Source of the DNA: an uncultured Desulfobulbaceae bacterium
GTDB lineage: Bacteria; Desulfobacterota; Desulfobulbia; Desulfobulbales; Desulfocapsaceae
Reading direction: 5' to 3'
Assembly: GCA_937132035.1 (NCBI GenBank)
Contig: CAKZOA010000022.1
Coordinates: 1-61,995, forward strand
DNA: 61,995 nt
The position numbers and the translations under genes were made by a program. Below are positions 9,203 to 19,351 of this stretch, piece by piece. Below the pieces are notes generated by a model that worked only from the letters and a program-made list of their open reading frames with translations, ran no database searches and had not been told where the DNA came from. How positions within the stretch are numbered: position 1 is the first letter of the stretch; each line of letters starts with the position of its first letter.

Positions 9203-10123
9203 ATGGATAAATGTGGTATTTACCTGGGATGCAACATCCCATTCAAGGCACCCGATATAGAACAGTCTTTCAACAAGATCTTTCCCCAGCTCGGCGTCGA
9301 GCTGGTGAGCATGGATGGCGCCACCTGCTGTCCGGCATGGGGCACCGCCCCCTCCTTTGACATCGATACCTGGCTGTCGATTTCCGGCAGGAACATCAAC
9401 ATTGCCGAAGAAAAAGGCGTTGATATCATGACCGGCTGCAACTCCTGCTTCGGCGTTATGGCCGAAGCCAGGCATTTCGCCCTGCATGACCCCGCCAGGC
9501 TAAAAAAACTCAACGAAAACATGGCCCTGATCGACCGCAAATTCAAGGGCACATCGGAGGTCTATCACGTCTCCCATGTCCTCCACAATAAAATCGGTAT
9601 GGACAAGATCAAGGAGAACCTCAAGTTCACCCTCAAGGAGCTGAAGGTCGCTGTCCAGCCGGGCTGTCATATTCTCTGGCCCACCGAGGTCATGGAGGTC
9701 AAGGAGAAGAACTCCTTCTACCCCACTATGCTTAAGGAACTCTGCGAGGCGCTGGAGGCCGACGTTCCTCACTACAGCGCCCTCAATGCCTGCTGCGGCA
9801 TGGGCGCCATGCGCTCCACCGATGCCGAAAAATCCATTGGCCTGCTGAAGAGCAAGCTGCTGAGCATGAAGGAGGAGATCGATCCCGATATGATCGTCAC
9901 CACCTGTTCCTCCTGCTACCTCCAGTTTGACGGCGCACAGAAGATACTTCAGGAAAAAGGCGAGATAGACTTTGAGATCCCGGTCTTCTACTACACCCAG
10001 CTGCTGGCCCTGTGTATGGGTTTCGACCCCAAGAATGTGGCGGCCATCAGCGAAGTACCGCGTGACCAGTTAATTGCAAAAATTCAGAGCGAAGCCCGTC
10101 GCCTGATCAAAGAGGAGGCATAA
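9203..10123 (+). CDS. hdrB: Heterodisulfide reductase subunit B (two CCG domains)
   Basis: YLGC, TCCP, GCNSC, PGCH, CCGMG, TCSSCYLQFD, IPVFYYTQLL. ATG at 9203 follows an AAGGAG RBS. Confidence 0.92.
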   Translation: MDKCGIYLGCNIPFKAPDIEQSFNKIFPQLGVELVSMDGATCCPAWGTAPSFDIDTWLSISGRNINIAEEKGVDIMTGCNSCFGVMAEARHFALHDPARLKKLNENMALIDRKFKGTSEVYHVSHVLHNKIGMDKIKENLKFTLKELKVAVQPGCHILWPTEVMEVKEKNSFYPTMLKELCEALEADVPHYSALNACCGMGAMRSTDAEKSIGLLKSKLLSMKEEIDPDMIVTTCSSCYLQFDGAQKILQEKGEIDFEIPVFYYTQLLALCMGFDPKNVAAISEVPRDQLIAKIQSEARRLIKEEA

Positions 10124-10124
10124 C

Positions 10125-10577
10125 ATGGAATTCTCACCCAATATAGTCGGATTCGCCTGCCAATGGTGCACCTACGCCGGCGCCGATCTCGCCGGCAACC
10201 TGCGCTGCAAATACCCACCCACGGTCAAGCTCATCAAGGTCCCCTGCTCGGGCCGGGTCAAACCGGAATACGTGCTCAAGGCCTTCGCCCAGGGTGCCGA
10301 CGGTGTGCTGGTTGGCGGCTGCCACTTCGGCGACTGCCATTACAAGGATGGCAACTATAAGACCAAAAATCGCATGGACATGCTCAAGGTCATGCTTGAG
10401 GAATTCGGTTTCGACCCCCGCAGATTCCGACGCGAGTGGATATCCGGTGCCGAGGGCAAGAAATTTGCCGACGTCATCACCGAATTTACCAAGGAACTGC
10501 AGGAGATAGGGCCAAATAATATGCTCAGGGACTACACCCCGGACAGCGAGATTGAGGAGGTGGCAGACAATGGCTGA
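10125..10577 (+). CDS. mvhD: Hydrogenase [2Fe-2S] subunit MvhD
   Basis: FACQWCTYAGAD, PCSGRV, GADGVLVGGCHFGDCHY. Confidence 0.95.
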   Translation: MEFSPNIVGFACQWCTYAGADLAGNLRCKYPPTVKLIKVPCSGRVKPEYVLKAFAQGADGVLVGGCHFGDCHYKDGNYKTKNRMDMLKVMLEEFGFDPRRFRREWISGAEGKKFADVITEFTKELQEIGPNNMLRDYTPDSEIEEVADNG

Positions 10578-11541
10578 AAAAATCAAATTAGGGTTTTTGC
10601 TTCTCGGCGGCTGCGCCGGCTGCGAAATGTCCGTCGTCGACCTCTCAGAAAAGCTGGTGGACACCCTGGAACATGTGGAAATAGCCTTCTGGGCGCCAAC
10701 GGTGGCCGATGTCAAATACGACGATCTTGAGAACATGGAGGACAACGCTATTGACGTCGCCTTCATCGACGGCATGATCAGACTCGACGAGCATGTGCAT
10801 ATGGCCAAGATCATGCGCAAGAAGGCCAAAATCCTGATTGCCTACGGCGTCTGCTCGGCCCTTGGCGGCACCGCCGGACTCGGCAGCCTGCACGACAAGG
10901 AAGAACTGTTCGAGAAGGCCTTCAAGAATACGCCGACCACCGACAACCCGGACGGCGTCTACCCCCAGCCGGAATGCCTCGTCGACGGCAAGTATGACCT
11001 GACCCTGCCCAAATATCAGGACAAGGTACGCTTGCTCGGCCAGGTGGTCGACGTCGATTATAATATCGGCGGCTGTCCGCCCCATTATTCCCATGTGGAG
11101 GCGGCCATCACCGCCCTGGTCACCGGCCAGCTGCCGCCCAAAGGCTCCTATATAACCAACGGCAAGGCCGTCTGCGATGTCTGCGAGCGCAATCCTGTCA
11201 ACAAGGAAGGAGACAACCGCACCATGATGTATAGGGTACTGCGCACCGTCGACGGCGTTCCCGAAAACGATACCTGCCTGCTGCTCCAGGGGTATGTCTG
11301 TTTCGGCCCCATGACCCAGGGCGACTGCGGCGCCTCCTGTCTCCATGTCAACACCCCCTGCCGGGGCTGCGGCGGCCCGCTTCCCGGTGTCGAGGACTAC
11401 GGAGCCCAGGCCATCTCCTCCATCGGCTCTATTCTTAAAGACGAGACGGTCACCGCCCAGCTGAAGGAAAAGTATCCCAATCTTTCCAAATTCTTCTACA
11501 GATACTCCCTGCCCTCAGGAATTCTGCCGAAGAAGATGTAG
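10570..11541 (+). CDS. mvhG: F420-nonreducing [NiFe]-hydrogenase small subunit
   Basis: GCAGC, GGCPP, VCDVC, CLLLQGYVCFGP, PCRGCGGP. GAGGAGG RBS before ATG 10570. Confidence 0.92.
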   Translation: MAEKIKLGFLLLGGCAGCEMSVVDLSEKLVDTLEHVEIAFWAPTVADVKYDDLENMEDNAIDVAFIDGMIRLDEHVHMAKIMRKKAKILIAYGVCSALGGTAGLGSLHDKEELFEKAFKNTPTTDNPDGVYPQPECLVDGKYDLTLPKYQDKVRLLGQVVDVDYNIGGCPPHYSHVEAAITALVTGQLPPKGSYITNGKAVCDVCERNPVNKEGDNRTMMYRVLRTVDGVPENDTCLLLQGYVCFGPMTQGDCGASCLHVNTPCRGCGGPLPGVEDYGAQAISSIGSILKDETVTAQLKEKYPNLSKFFYRYSLPSGILPKKM

Positions 11542-11570
11542 ATTGATATCAAACACTAAGGAGCTAAATC

Positions 11571-13034
11571 GTGAAAAAGATAGAAATCAATCCCATGACC
11601 CGACTCGAGGGTCATGGTAAAATAGCAATTTTCCTCGACGATTCCGGCAATGTAGATGAGGCTTTCTTCCAGGTGGTGGAATTTCGCGGCTTTGAGAAAT
11701 TCCTCGTCGGCCTGCCCATCGAAGAGGTTCCACGCACCGTCTCCACCATCTGCGGTGTCTGCCGCGGCGTCCATTTCACCGCCGCCATGAAGGCTTCCGA
11801 CGGCGTCTACGGCGTTCAACCGACCCGCGTTGCCCGAAAGCTGCGCGAACTGTTCTTCAACGCCCATTATGTCGAAGACCACGCCGTTATCCTCTATGCC
11901 CTCGGCCTGCCCGATTTCGTCGTCGGTCCCAGTGCCCCGGCCGCTGAGCGCAACGTCGTCGGTCTCATCAACGCCGTCGGCGCCGAGATCGGCCGCGAGG
12001 TTCTGAAAAAGCGCGGCTACGCCGTCAAGATCTTCGAGATGCTGGGCGGCAAGCCCAATCATCCGGTAGCCGCCATTCCGGGAGGCTGGTCGAAAACGCT
12101 CAATGAAATGGAGCGCGAGCAGATCGAAGGCTGGGCCCACGAGCTCATCGACCTCTCCAAGCTGACCCTCAAGGTTTTCGGCGATGTCATCCTCAGCAAT
12201 CCAGGCTATATGGAACTGGTCACCGGCGACATGTACAAGGTGCCGGTCAACTACATGGGCTCCGTTGACGAAAACAACATGGTCGCCCTCTATGACGGTA
12301 CCCAGAAGGTCGTCGGCGTGGGTGGCGAGGAACTGTACAGCTACAACGGCATGGAGTATATCGACTATATCTCCGAGCGCGTACTGCCCTGGACGTATCT
12401 GAAAATGCCCTATCTGAAGAAAATGGGCTGGAAGGACATCATCGACGGCGACGGCACCAGTCTCTACAGCGTCGGCCCGCTGGCCCGTTTCAACGTGGCC
12501 GATGGCCTTTCCACCCCGCTGGCCAACGAGGAGTTCAAGACCTTCTTCAAGACCTTCGGCACCAAACCGGTACACAACATCATGGGCTACCACTGGGCCC
12601 GAGCCATCGAGATGCTTCACTGTTCCGAAAACATTCTTAAGCTGGCCCGCGATCCCGAGATCACCAGCGACGACGCCCGGGCGCCACTGGGCGAGGTCAC
12701 CGGCGAAGGCGTCGGCATCATCGAAGCCCCGCGCGGCACCCTGATCCACCATTACAACACCGACGACCAGGGCATTGTCACCGATGCCAATATCGTCGTC
12801 GCCACCACCCACAACAAGGGACCGATCAACCTGGCCGTGAGAAAGGCCGCCAAGCACTTCATCAAGGACGGCAACGTCGACGATGGTATTCTCAATCATG
12901 TGGAGATGGCCTTCAGGCCCTACGACCTCTGCCTGGGCTGCGCCACCCACGCGGTTAAGCCAGGTTCCTCGCCTGTTGAAATCAATATCTACGACAGCAG
13001 CAAGGAACTGAAACAGTCATTGAAAAACTTCTAG
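11571..13034 (+). CDS. mvhA: Group 3c [NiFe]-hydrogenase large subunit
   Basis: NPMTRLEGHGK, RGFEKF, L1 ICGVC, EAPRGTLIHHY, L2 YDLCLGCATH followed by a cleavable tail. Confidence 0.93.
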   Translation: MKKIEINPMTRLEGHGKIAIFLDDSGNVDEAFFQVVEFRGFEKFLVGLPIEEVPRTVSTICGVCRGVHFTAAMKASDGVYGVQPTRVARKLRELFFNAHYVEDHAVILYALGLPDFVVGPSAPAAERNVVGLINAVGAEIGREVLKKRGYAVKIFEMLGGKPNHPVAAIPGGWSKTLNEMEREQIEGWAHELIDLSKLTLKVFGDVILSNPGYMELVTGDMYKVPVNYMGSVDENNMVALYDGTQKVVGVGGEELYSYNGMEYIDYISERVLPWTYLKMPYLKKMGWKDIIDGDGTSLYSVGPLARFNVADGLSTPLANEEFKTFFKTFGTKPVHNIMGYHWARAIEMLHCSENILKLARDPEITSDDARAPLGEVTGEGVGIIEAPRGTLIHHYNTDDQGIVTDANIVVATTHNKGPINLAVRKAAKHFIKDGNVDDGILNHVEMAFRPYDLCLGCATHAVKPGSSPVEINIYDSSKELKQSLKNF

Positions 13035-13042
13035 CCTCCGTA

Positions 13043-13078
13043 TCCGGGCGAAAGGCTGAGTTTTGCTTTTTGCCCGGA
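13043..13078 (+). terminator. Intra-operon hairpin between mvhA and the protease gene
   Basis: TCCGGGCGAAAGGC...GCTTTTTGCCCGGA stem, without a U-tract. Confidence 0.4.
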
Positions 13079-13097
13079 CCGTACACTATACTCTACT

Positions 13098-13571
13098 ATG
13101 AATAAACGATTCCTGGTTTGCGGCATAGGCAACCCGATGCTCAAGGACGACCGGGCCGGCATAGAGGTGGCTGAACGGATTGCCGCCTCCGATCTGGAGG
13201 TTGATACGGAAATCATCTTCGGCGTCGGTTTCGAGGTAAACGACAAGATCATGGGTTACGATGACGTCATCATCGTCGATGCCGCCAAGATCGGCAAAAA
13301 GCCGGGAACCATCACCCAGGCCGGCGTCGAAGACATTTTCAGCGATCATCAGCTGGCTTCTTCCCATGCGGTCACGCTCGGCTCGACACTGAAAGTCGGC
13401 TATGAGCTCTTCGAGGAAGAGATGCCCAAGTCCCTGAAGATTCTACTCATCGAAGCGGAAGACTATTACGAATTCACCCGGGACTGCTCACCGTCCGTCG
13501 ACAAAGCCATCGACGAGGCGATACACATCATCACCGAACACTACACCGGGAAACTTCAGGAGGTCTGCTGA
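13098..13571 (+). CDS. Hydrogenase maturation protease
   Basis: GIGNPMLKDDRAG, IIVDA, SSH. Confidence 0.92.
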   Translation: MNKRFLVCGIGNPMLKDDRAGIEVAERIAASDLEVDTEIIFGVGFEVNDKIMGYDDVIIVDAAKIGKKPGTITQAGVEDIFSDHQLASSHAVTLGSTLKVGYELFEEEMPKSLKILLIEAEDYYEFTRDCSPSVDKAIDEAIHIITEHYTGKLQEVC

Positions 13572-13643
13572 AAAGCATCCCATCCCGAAACACCCCTTGG
13601 TTTACTGTTGCCCAAGGTTTAACCACTATACAGGGAGGCCATT

Positions 13644-14726
13644 TTGAAAACATTTTTTGATTTAAAGCAGGAAGTAAGGGCCACTGGACGTTGTCACGGA
13701 TGTGGAGGATGCGTCACTATCTGCACCGCCGTCAATTACGGCGCCCTGCAGATGGGCGATGACCACATTCCCCGTTACAAGAGTGTCGACAAGTGCATAG
13801 ATTGCGGTCTCTGCTACCTCATCTGCCCTGAGGTGGGCGAACTTGACGACCAGGTCAAGCGAAACGTCGACTGGAGCGCGCCCATGGGCAGAATTCTGCA
13901 GGTCTCCGTCGCCAGGGCCGCCGATGAGGACATTCGGGAGAGGGGCACCGACGGCGGTGTGGTCACCGCCATGCTGCTGCATCTCTTTGACAGCGGCAAG
14001 ATCGACGGCGCCATCGTCTCCAGGCAGACGGAGGAAGGCCGCGTCCCCTGGCTTGCCACCAGCCGTGAAGATATCATCGAAGCCGCCGGCTCCCATTTCG
14101 ATGCCATGCAGGGAACGGTGGCCCTCGGAGAACATTACTCCACCTATTCGCCGTCCGCCCGGGCATTGGGCTCGCTGATGCGTCAGGGTCTGAAACGAAT
14201 AGCCTTTGTCGGCACTCCCTGTCAGATCAAATCCGTGCGCAAGATGCAGGCCTTGAAGATTGTGCCCTCGGATGCCATCAAGTTCTACTTCGGTCTGTTC
14301 TGCACCTCCAACTTCGACCTCGACGACGACAAGCTCCACACGATGGAGGAGTTGGCCGGCTGCACCATGAGCGAGGTCACCAAAATGAACATCAAAAAAG
14401 ATTTCATTCTCCGCACCAAGGACGGCCAGAGAAAACATATTCCCCTTGCCGAGCTTGACTTCGCCCGCAGGGACGCCTGCAGATACTGCGACGATTTTTC
14501 GGCGGAATATGCCGACATCAGCTTTGGCGGGCTCGGTGCCGATCGCGGCTGGACCACGGTGATAATCAGGTCGCCGCTGGCCAGGGCAGCCTACGCCGAC
14601 GCCCGAGAGAAGTGTCTGGAAATACAGAGTATCGACGATCATCCCGGACTTGACGCCCGCATATTGTCAACAATCATGGAAAGCTCGACGGCCAAAAAAC
14701 AACAGCAGGTGGTTGCCGCCGAATAA
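13644..14726 (+). CDS. FrhB/FdhB family protein (F420 hydrogenase/dehydrogenase beta-like) with N-terminal 2x[4Fe-4S]
   Basis: CHGCGGC and CIDCGLCYLICP, GTDGGVVTA, VGTPCQ, GLFC, CRYCDDF, ADISFG. TTG start after GGGAGG. Confidence 0.88.
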   Translation: MKTFFDLKQEVRATGRCHGCGGCVTICTAVNYGALQMGDDHIPRYKSVDKCIDCGLCYLICPEVGELDDQVKRNVDWSAPMGRILQVSVARAADEDIRERGTDGGVVTAMLLHLFDSGKIDGAIVSRQTEEGRVPWLATSREDIIEAAGSHFDAMQGTVALGEHYSTYSPSARALGSLMRQGLKRIAFVGTPCQIKSVRKMQALKIVPSDAIKFYFGLFCTSNFDLDDDKLHTMEELAGCTMSEVTKMNIKKDFILRTKDGQRKHIPLAELDFARRDACRYCDDFSAEYADISFGGLGADRGWTTVIIRSPLARAAYADAREKCLEIQSIDDHPGLDARILSTIMESSTAKKQQQVVAAE

Positions 14727-14844
14727 TTGTCCGACGCATTGCAATTGATCAGGGGGCGCAGTTCACCCTGCTCGCTGTTCCCATCTCGCCCCTTCTCCGT
14801 CCCCTGATCGGCTGCGTTGTCCCTCCTCCTAATCTCTTCGGAGC

Positions 14845-16542
14845 TCACCTGGATAAAGCGATATCATCCACTACTGCCGGCAGCAGTACCGTGAACACCG
14901 TTCCGCCATCGCCTCCAGACCGGACGCTGATGCTACCATGATTTTTTTTGACGATGGCGTGGACAAGAGCCAGTCCGAGTCCTATGCCCTTGTTGCTGTC
15001 TCGGTTTTTGGTGGTGAAATAGGGATCGAAAATATAGTCGAGGATGTCCTGGTCAATACCGCTGCCGTTATCGGCGACCTCTATCTCCACGTATTTGCCG
15101 CTGGCAAGACCGGGTATGTCCTCTTCGAGCACAATTGCATTGTAGCCGGTAACGCTAACCCGCCCCCCCTCCGGCATGCAGTTATCGGCATTAATGAGCA
15201 AATTCTGCAGTATGACCTTGAGATGATCCGGAATGATTTTGACGGTGAACAGCCCCTGCTGAAAATTGACGTGCAAATCGATCTCGGCACGGAGGGTTTC
15301 CTCAAACCTCACGTCTTTGAACAGCTCAGGAACCCTGGCCATCCCCGGACTAGGCCTTTCACGGCGTGTAAAGAGCAAAAGTTTTTCCGTCAAATCCCGG
15401 GCCCTGTCTGCCGCTTCAAGAGCGGAGTTCAAAAGCTCCTGTACCCCATGATCCGGTTCAAGCATTCGTTTGCAGAGTCCGAGGTTGCCGAGTATGACCG
15501 AGAGAATGTTGTTATAGTCGTGGCCGATACCTCCAGCGAGGATGCCTATGGATTCAAGCTTTCTCGCCTGCAGCACCTCTTTTTCCATCTGCCGGCGACG
15601 GCTTATGTCCTCCACCAGCCAGACGAACCCCTTCGACAGATCCGGGGGAAAGGCTTGATCCACCGTCCGCCCGGAAAGGCTGCAGAGAACTGCGCCACCG
15701 TCTTTTTTACGCAATTCATATTCGGCCTGAACTGTTTGTCCGGCTACCAGCTGGTTATAATGCTTTTTACCGAAATCCCGGTATTTCTCCTCGGAGAGAT
15801 GCAGCTTCCTGGCACTGACACCTTGTAACGGACGGGGAGAGTCGTACTCGAGTATTGCCGCCAGTTTGCCGTTGCACCTGACTACTCTTCTATCACCCTG
15901 CAGCAGCAGGACACCGGTGGTGATGGTGGAGAAAATCGACTCGAACTCAGCCTTGAGCTCCCTGGCCTTGGCTTTTTGCCGTTCCAGCTCGCGTATCTTC
16001 CGGCAGCGTTTTTCCTCGGACTTTCTCAGGTATGAGATAGTCTGGGCATTGTTGATGGCCATTGCTGTGTGGTTGGCCAGCACCTGATAGATCTTTTTTT
16101 CCTGCTCCGCAAAAAGGCGTCGCTGCAGCGTGTGCCCCATAAGCACACCGAAAAGTCGGTCACCGATCCACATAGGCGCAGCCATTGCCGAGCAAATATC
16201 ACATTCGGCTATCACGGCGGTCACTTCGAATCGGTCTTCACAGCGAAAGTCGGCAACGGTCTCAACCTTGCCTGTGTGCACGACATAGCTGGGCAAGCCG
16301 TGGCCCCGGTCGATGCCAAAGGTATCGACCATCTCCTGCGAAAAACCGAGGGTCACCCGCAGGGCGAGCTGCGTCTCCTTATGGTCAAGCAGCAGCAGTG
16401 TGGCGTAGTCGAAGCCATAAAATTTCTGGATAAGCGCCAGGGAAGAGTCACAGAGCTTCTGTAGATCGGTGGTGTCGGCAAGGTGCGCCGAAAACCTCTC
16501 GATATGCTCAAGAGATACAGTGGTGTCTGAAATGTCGGTCAT
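14845..16542 (-). CDS. GAF-PAS sensor histidine kinase without a receiver domain
   Basis: GAF N-terminus, PAS/PAC, H-box LAGGIGHDYNNIL, NLLINA, DNGSGI, FDPYFTTK, GLGLA. Confidence 0.9.
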   Translation of the reverse strand: MTDISDTTVSLEHIERFSAHLADTTDLQKLCDSSLALIQKFYGFDYATLLLLDHKETQLALRVTLGFSQEMVDTFGIDRGHGLPSYVVHTGKVETVADFRCEDRFEVTAVIAECDICSAMAAPMWIGDRLFGVLMGHTLQRRLFAEQEKKIYQVLANHTAMAINNAQTISYLRKSEEKRCRKIRELERQKAKARELKAEFESIFSTITTGVLLLQGDRRVVRCNGKLAAILEYDSPRPLQGVSARKLHLSEEKYRDFGKKHYNQLVAGQTVQAEYELRKKDGGAVLCSLSGRTVDQAFPPDLSKGFVWLVEDISRRRQMEKEVLQARKLESIGILAGGIGHDYNNILSVILGNLGLCKRMLEPDHGVQELLNSALEAADRARDLTEKLLLFTRRERPSPGMARVPELFKDVRFEETLRAEIDLHVNFQQGLFTVKIIPDHLKVILQNLLINADNCMPEGGRVSVTGYNAIVLEEDIPGLASGKYVEIEVADNGSGIDQDILDYIFDPYFTTKNRDSNKGIGLGLALVHAIVKKNHGSISVRSGGDGGTVFTVLLPAVVDDIALSR

Positions 16543-16934
16543 GAGACGTGCTCCGCAGGGCGACCTGCCGCGCTGGTGGTGGCATTCTTGAATTGTTCAC
16601 CTTACAACGTCGGCCCAAGGGGTGGAGACAAGAGACACTCCAACCTTCGTGTATATCCGGGGCGTAAACCTACTCAATTTCGTTGATCCTTCCAAGAATA
16701 TTGTTGTCTGGAGGTGGTTCGATCCTCTCCGTTATTGGCAGTGACCAGTCCGATGCCGAAAAAAAATGGTGAGAAACCGGCTGCATCCCGGTATGCTGCA
16801 ACCTCACCATCGAGACAAGGTGGGGGCGATCAGCACGAACCCTGGCTGGTTTTTTAACTGTACATGTTTTGATTTCCTTCTGCGCTGCTTGGCCGGTAGA
16901 TATGCAGGGGGACGGCAACACCACAAGGATCTCA

Positions 16935-18212
16935 ATGCCCATGAACACAGAGTGGCTCACCCGACAGCTTGAGCAGTTCAATATTCCCCTGGCAGCCGCC
17001 CAGGGGCTCTCACTGCTGCTCTTCCTCGTCGCCATAACCACGTTTGCCGCAATTCTCACCAGTATTGTCCGACGGACCCTGCTGCGGGCGGTGATCGGCT
17101 GGATCGAAAAAAAACGTTATCGCTGGGGAGAGCCTCTGCTGCGCAATCAGTTTTTCGGCCGCTTGATCTGGTTTGTCCCGCTGGCCGTTTTCGCCGTGGC
17201 CACCGACTCCATGCTGGAAAGGGGAACATCCAGCTACCTGCTGGCAAACAGACTGATTACTGCTGGTTTTGTCGTCGTCGCCATTCTCAGCACCAGCTCC
17301 CTGCTGACTTCGCTCATGGAAATCGACCGGCTCTTTCGCAAAACCAGACGATCCATTCTCCAGGGCTATGTCGACGCGGTCAAGATCGTCACCTACGTAC
17401 TGGGCACCATCTTCATTATTTCCATTTTCACCGGTAAATCTCCATGGGGAATTCTTTCGATATTGGGCGGGCTGACGGCCGTGACCATGCTGGTGTTCAA
17501 GGATTCCATCCTCGGCTTTGTCGCCTCCATTCAACTCGGTGCCTCGGATCTTGTCCGCATCGGTGACTGGATAGAGATGCCGCAGTACGGAGCAGACGGC
17601 GACGTCATCTCCATATCCATACACACCGTAAAGGTCCAGAACTTCGACAAGACTATTTCCACCATTCCCACCTATGCCCTGGTGTCAACCTCTTTCAAAA
17701 ACTGGCGCGGTATGAAAGAATCAAAGGGTCGCCGGATAAAAAGACCGCTCTATATAGATCTGCATAGCATTCGATTTTGCGATGAAAAGCTCTTGACAAA
17801 GCTATCACGCATCGAAATTCTCAAGGACTACATCAAGGACAAAGAGCAGGAGATTAGCGAACACAATACCGCCCACCTCGATCATGAGCGAACGGTGCTC
17901 AACGGCAGACGGCAGACCAACATCGGCATTTTCCGAGCATATATAACGGCCTATTTGAAAAATAACCCAAATATCGAGCTGAACATGACCTTTCTCGTCC
18001 GCCAGCTTCCACCGACGGACCACGGTCTTCCCATAGAGATATATGTCTTTTCCAGAGATCAGATATGGGCCAATTACGAAGGCATCCAGGCCGACATATT
18101 CGATCATCTGCTAGCGGCCGCCCCCGAGTTTGATCTGCGGGTTTTCCAGATACCCAGCGGCTTCGATCTGCGCTCGCTCACATCGGGCCTGAACTCCCCG
18201 AAAGCCTCTTAA
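16935..18212 (+). CDS. Mechanosensitive channel, MscS family (YbdG/MscM-like)
   Basis: Several TM segments, FKDSILGFVASIQ, GDWIEMP, NWRGM, GRRIKR, WANYEGIQADIFDH. Confidence 0.92.
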   Translation: MPMNTEWLTRQLEQFNIPLAAAQGLSLLLFLVAITTFAAILTSIVRRTLLRAVIGWIEKKRYRWGEPLLRNQFFGRLIWFVPLAVFAVATDSMLERGTSSYLLANRLITAGFVVVAILSTSSLLTSLMEIDRLFRKTRRSILQGYVDAVKIVTYVLGTIFIISIFTGKSPWGILSILGGLTAVTMLVFKDSILGFVASIQLGASDLVRIGDWIEMPQYGADGDVISISIHTVKVQNFDKTISTIPTYALVSTSFKNWRGMKESKGRRIKRPLYIDLHSIRFCDEKLLTKLSRIEILKDYIKDKEQEISEHNTAHLDHERTVLNGRRQTNIGIFRAYITAYLKNNPNIELNMTFLVRQLPPTDHGLPIEIYVFSRDQIWANYEGIQADIFDHLLAAAPEFDLRVFQIPSGFDLRSLTSGLNSPKAS

Positions 18213-18274
18213 GCACGAAAGTGCGGCGTCTCATATCCCCCAGGGCATTTCCCTCATCCCTCAACTCAGCTATT

Positions 18275-19351
18275 TCACTCGACCCGGTTTCTGCCGTTGC
18301 GCTTGGCTGCATAGAGCTTCCGGTCGGCGCCATGTATCAGCGAGTTCAGACTCTGATCGCCGTCATAGGCGGCCACGCCTATACTGATGGTCACGGACAG
18401 CTGCTCATGCTGGTACTGAATTAACTGGTTCTCCAGGGCCTGACGCAGTCTCTCGGCAACGGTCGCCGCCTGGTCACGCATCGTTTCCGGCAGCAAGACA
18501 AGAAATTCCTCACCACCCCAGCGGGCAACTTTATCCCTTTTTTGCGTATTTCCGGTCAGGACCGAGGCTATCTGCCGAAGACAGTAGTCGCCGCATTCGT
18601 GGCCCAGGGTATCGTTGACCTGCTTGAACCTGTCGACATCGGCCAGAAGAATACTGAAGGTTTTGCCACTGCGTTCGACCCTGCTCATTTCACTGCGCAA
18701 TTTTTCAAACATGTCGCGGCGATTGGAAAGTCCGGTAAGCTCGTCCCTGCGGGAGAGATAGTCGAGTTTGCGGCTGAGATTGAGCAGTTCCCTGCGGCCG
18801 TCTTCGCGCGAGTATTCATAGACAAAGGCAATAACGCTCACGGAGAAGATGGCAGCGATGAAGCGGCTGATGAAACTGGGGCCGTAATCGGCCTGGAGCA
18901 GGACGTTGCCGGGAAAAAAGAGGATATAGACGGTAATTGCGAGAAGGATGGAGATGCACAACAGCCCCGGATACAGACCGAGGATATAAAATATCAGGCC
19001 GGGGAGGATAAACATCCACAGCGGACCAGTACCATTATTGCCGCCTGTGCAAAGCAGATACAGACAAAGCGCCGTGGTCATGACAACGATGATGATGGAG
19101 GAGATCCGATACTTGCCGGTTCTGCAGAGAAAAAGATAATTAACGCCGCTGACCGATGCGGCTGCCATGACGACGAGGGCAAGCTGTTCATTGCCCTCGC
19201 CAAGATTCTGCAGGCCAAAAATCAACAAGACAATGAAACTCAGAAGGCTGAACAGCGAACTGATAATTATCTGCTTACGTATTTCGGCGCTCTCTTCGTT
19301 GACATGGCCTGCATAGAGTAGGCTTTTCCACCACTTCAAAAAGACGGCCAT
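18275..19351 (-). CDS. Membrane-bound diguanylate cyclase (GGDEF)
   Basis: About 6 TM helices, DELTGLSNRR, DVDRFKQVND, RWGGEEF. The RxxD I-site is degenerate (QKRD). Start placed at ATG 19351. Confidence 0.9.
   Translation of the reverse strand: MAVFLKWWKSLLYAGHVNEESAEIRKQIIISSLFSLLSFIVLLIFGLQNLGEGNEQLALVVMAAASVSGVNYLFLCRTGKYRISSIIIVVMTTALCLYLLCTGGNNGTGPLWMFILPGLIFYILGLYPGLLCISILLAITVYILFFPGNVLLQADYGPSFISRFIAAIFSVSVIAFVYEYSREDGRRELLNLSRKLDYLSRRDELTGLSNRRDMFEKLRSEMSRVERSGKTFSILLADVDRFKQVNDTLGHECGDYCLRQIASVLTGNTQKRDKVARWGGEEFLVLLPETMRDQAATVAERLRQALENQLIQYQHEQLSVTISIGVAAYDGDQSLNSLIHGADRKLYAAKRNGRNRVE

Noticed and set aside
6652-13034. Selenocysteine recoding in HdrA, MvhD or MvhA
   Set aside because: All positions known to carry Sec in homologues are Cys codons, and the ORFs are uninterrupted.
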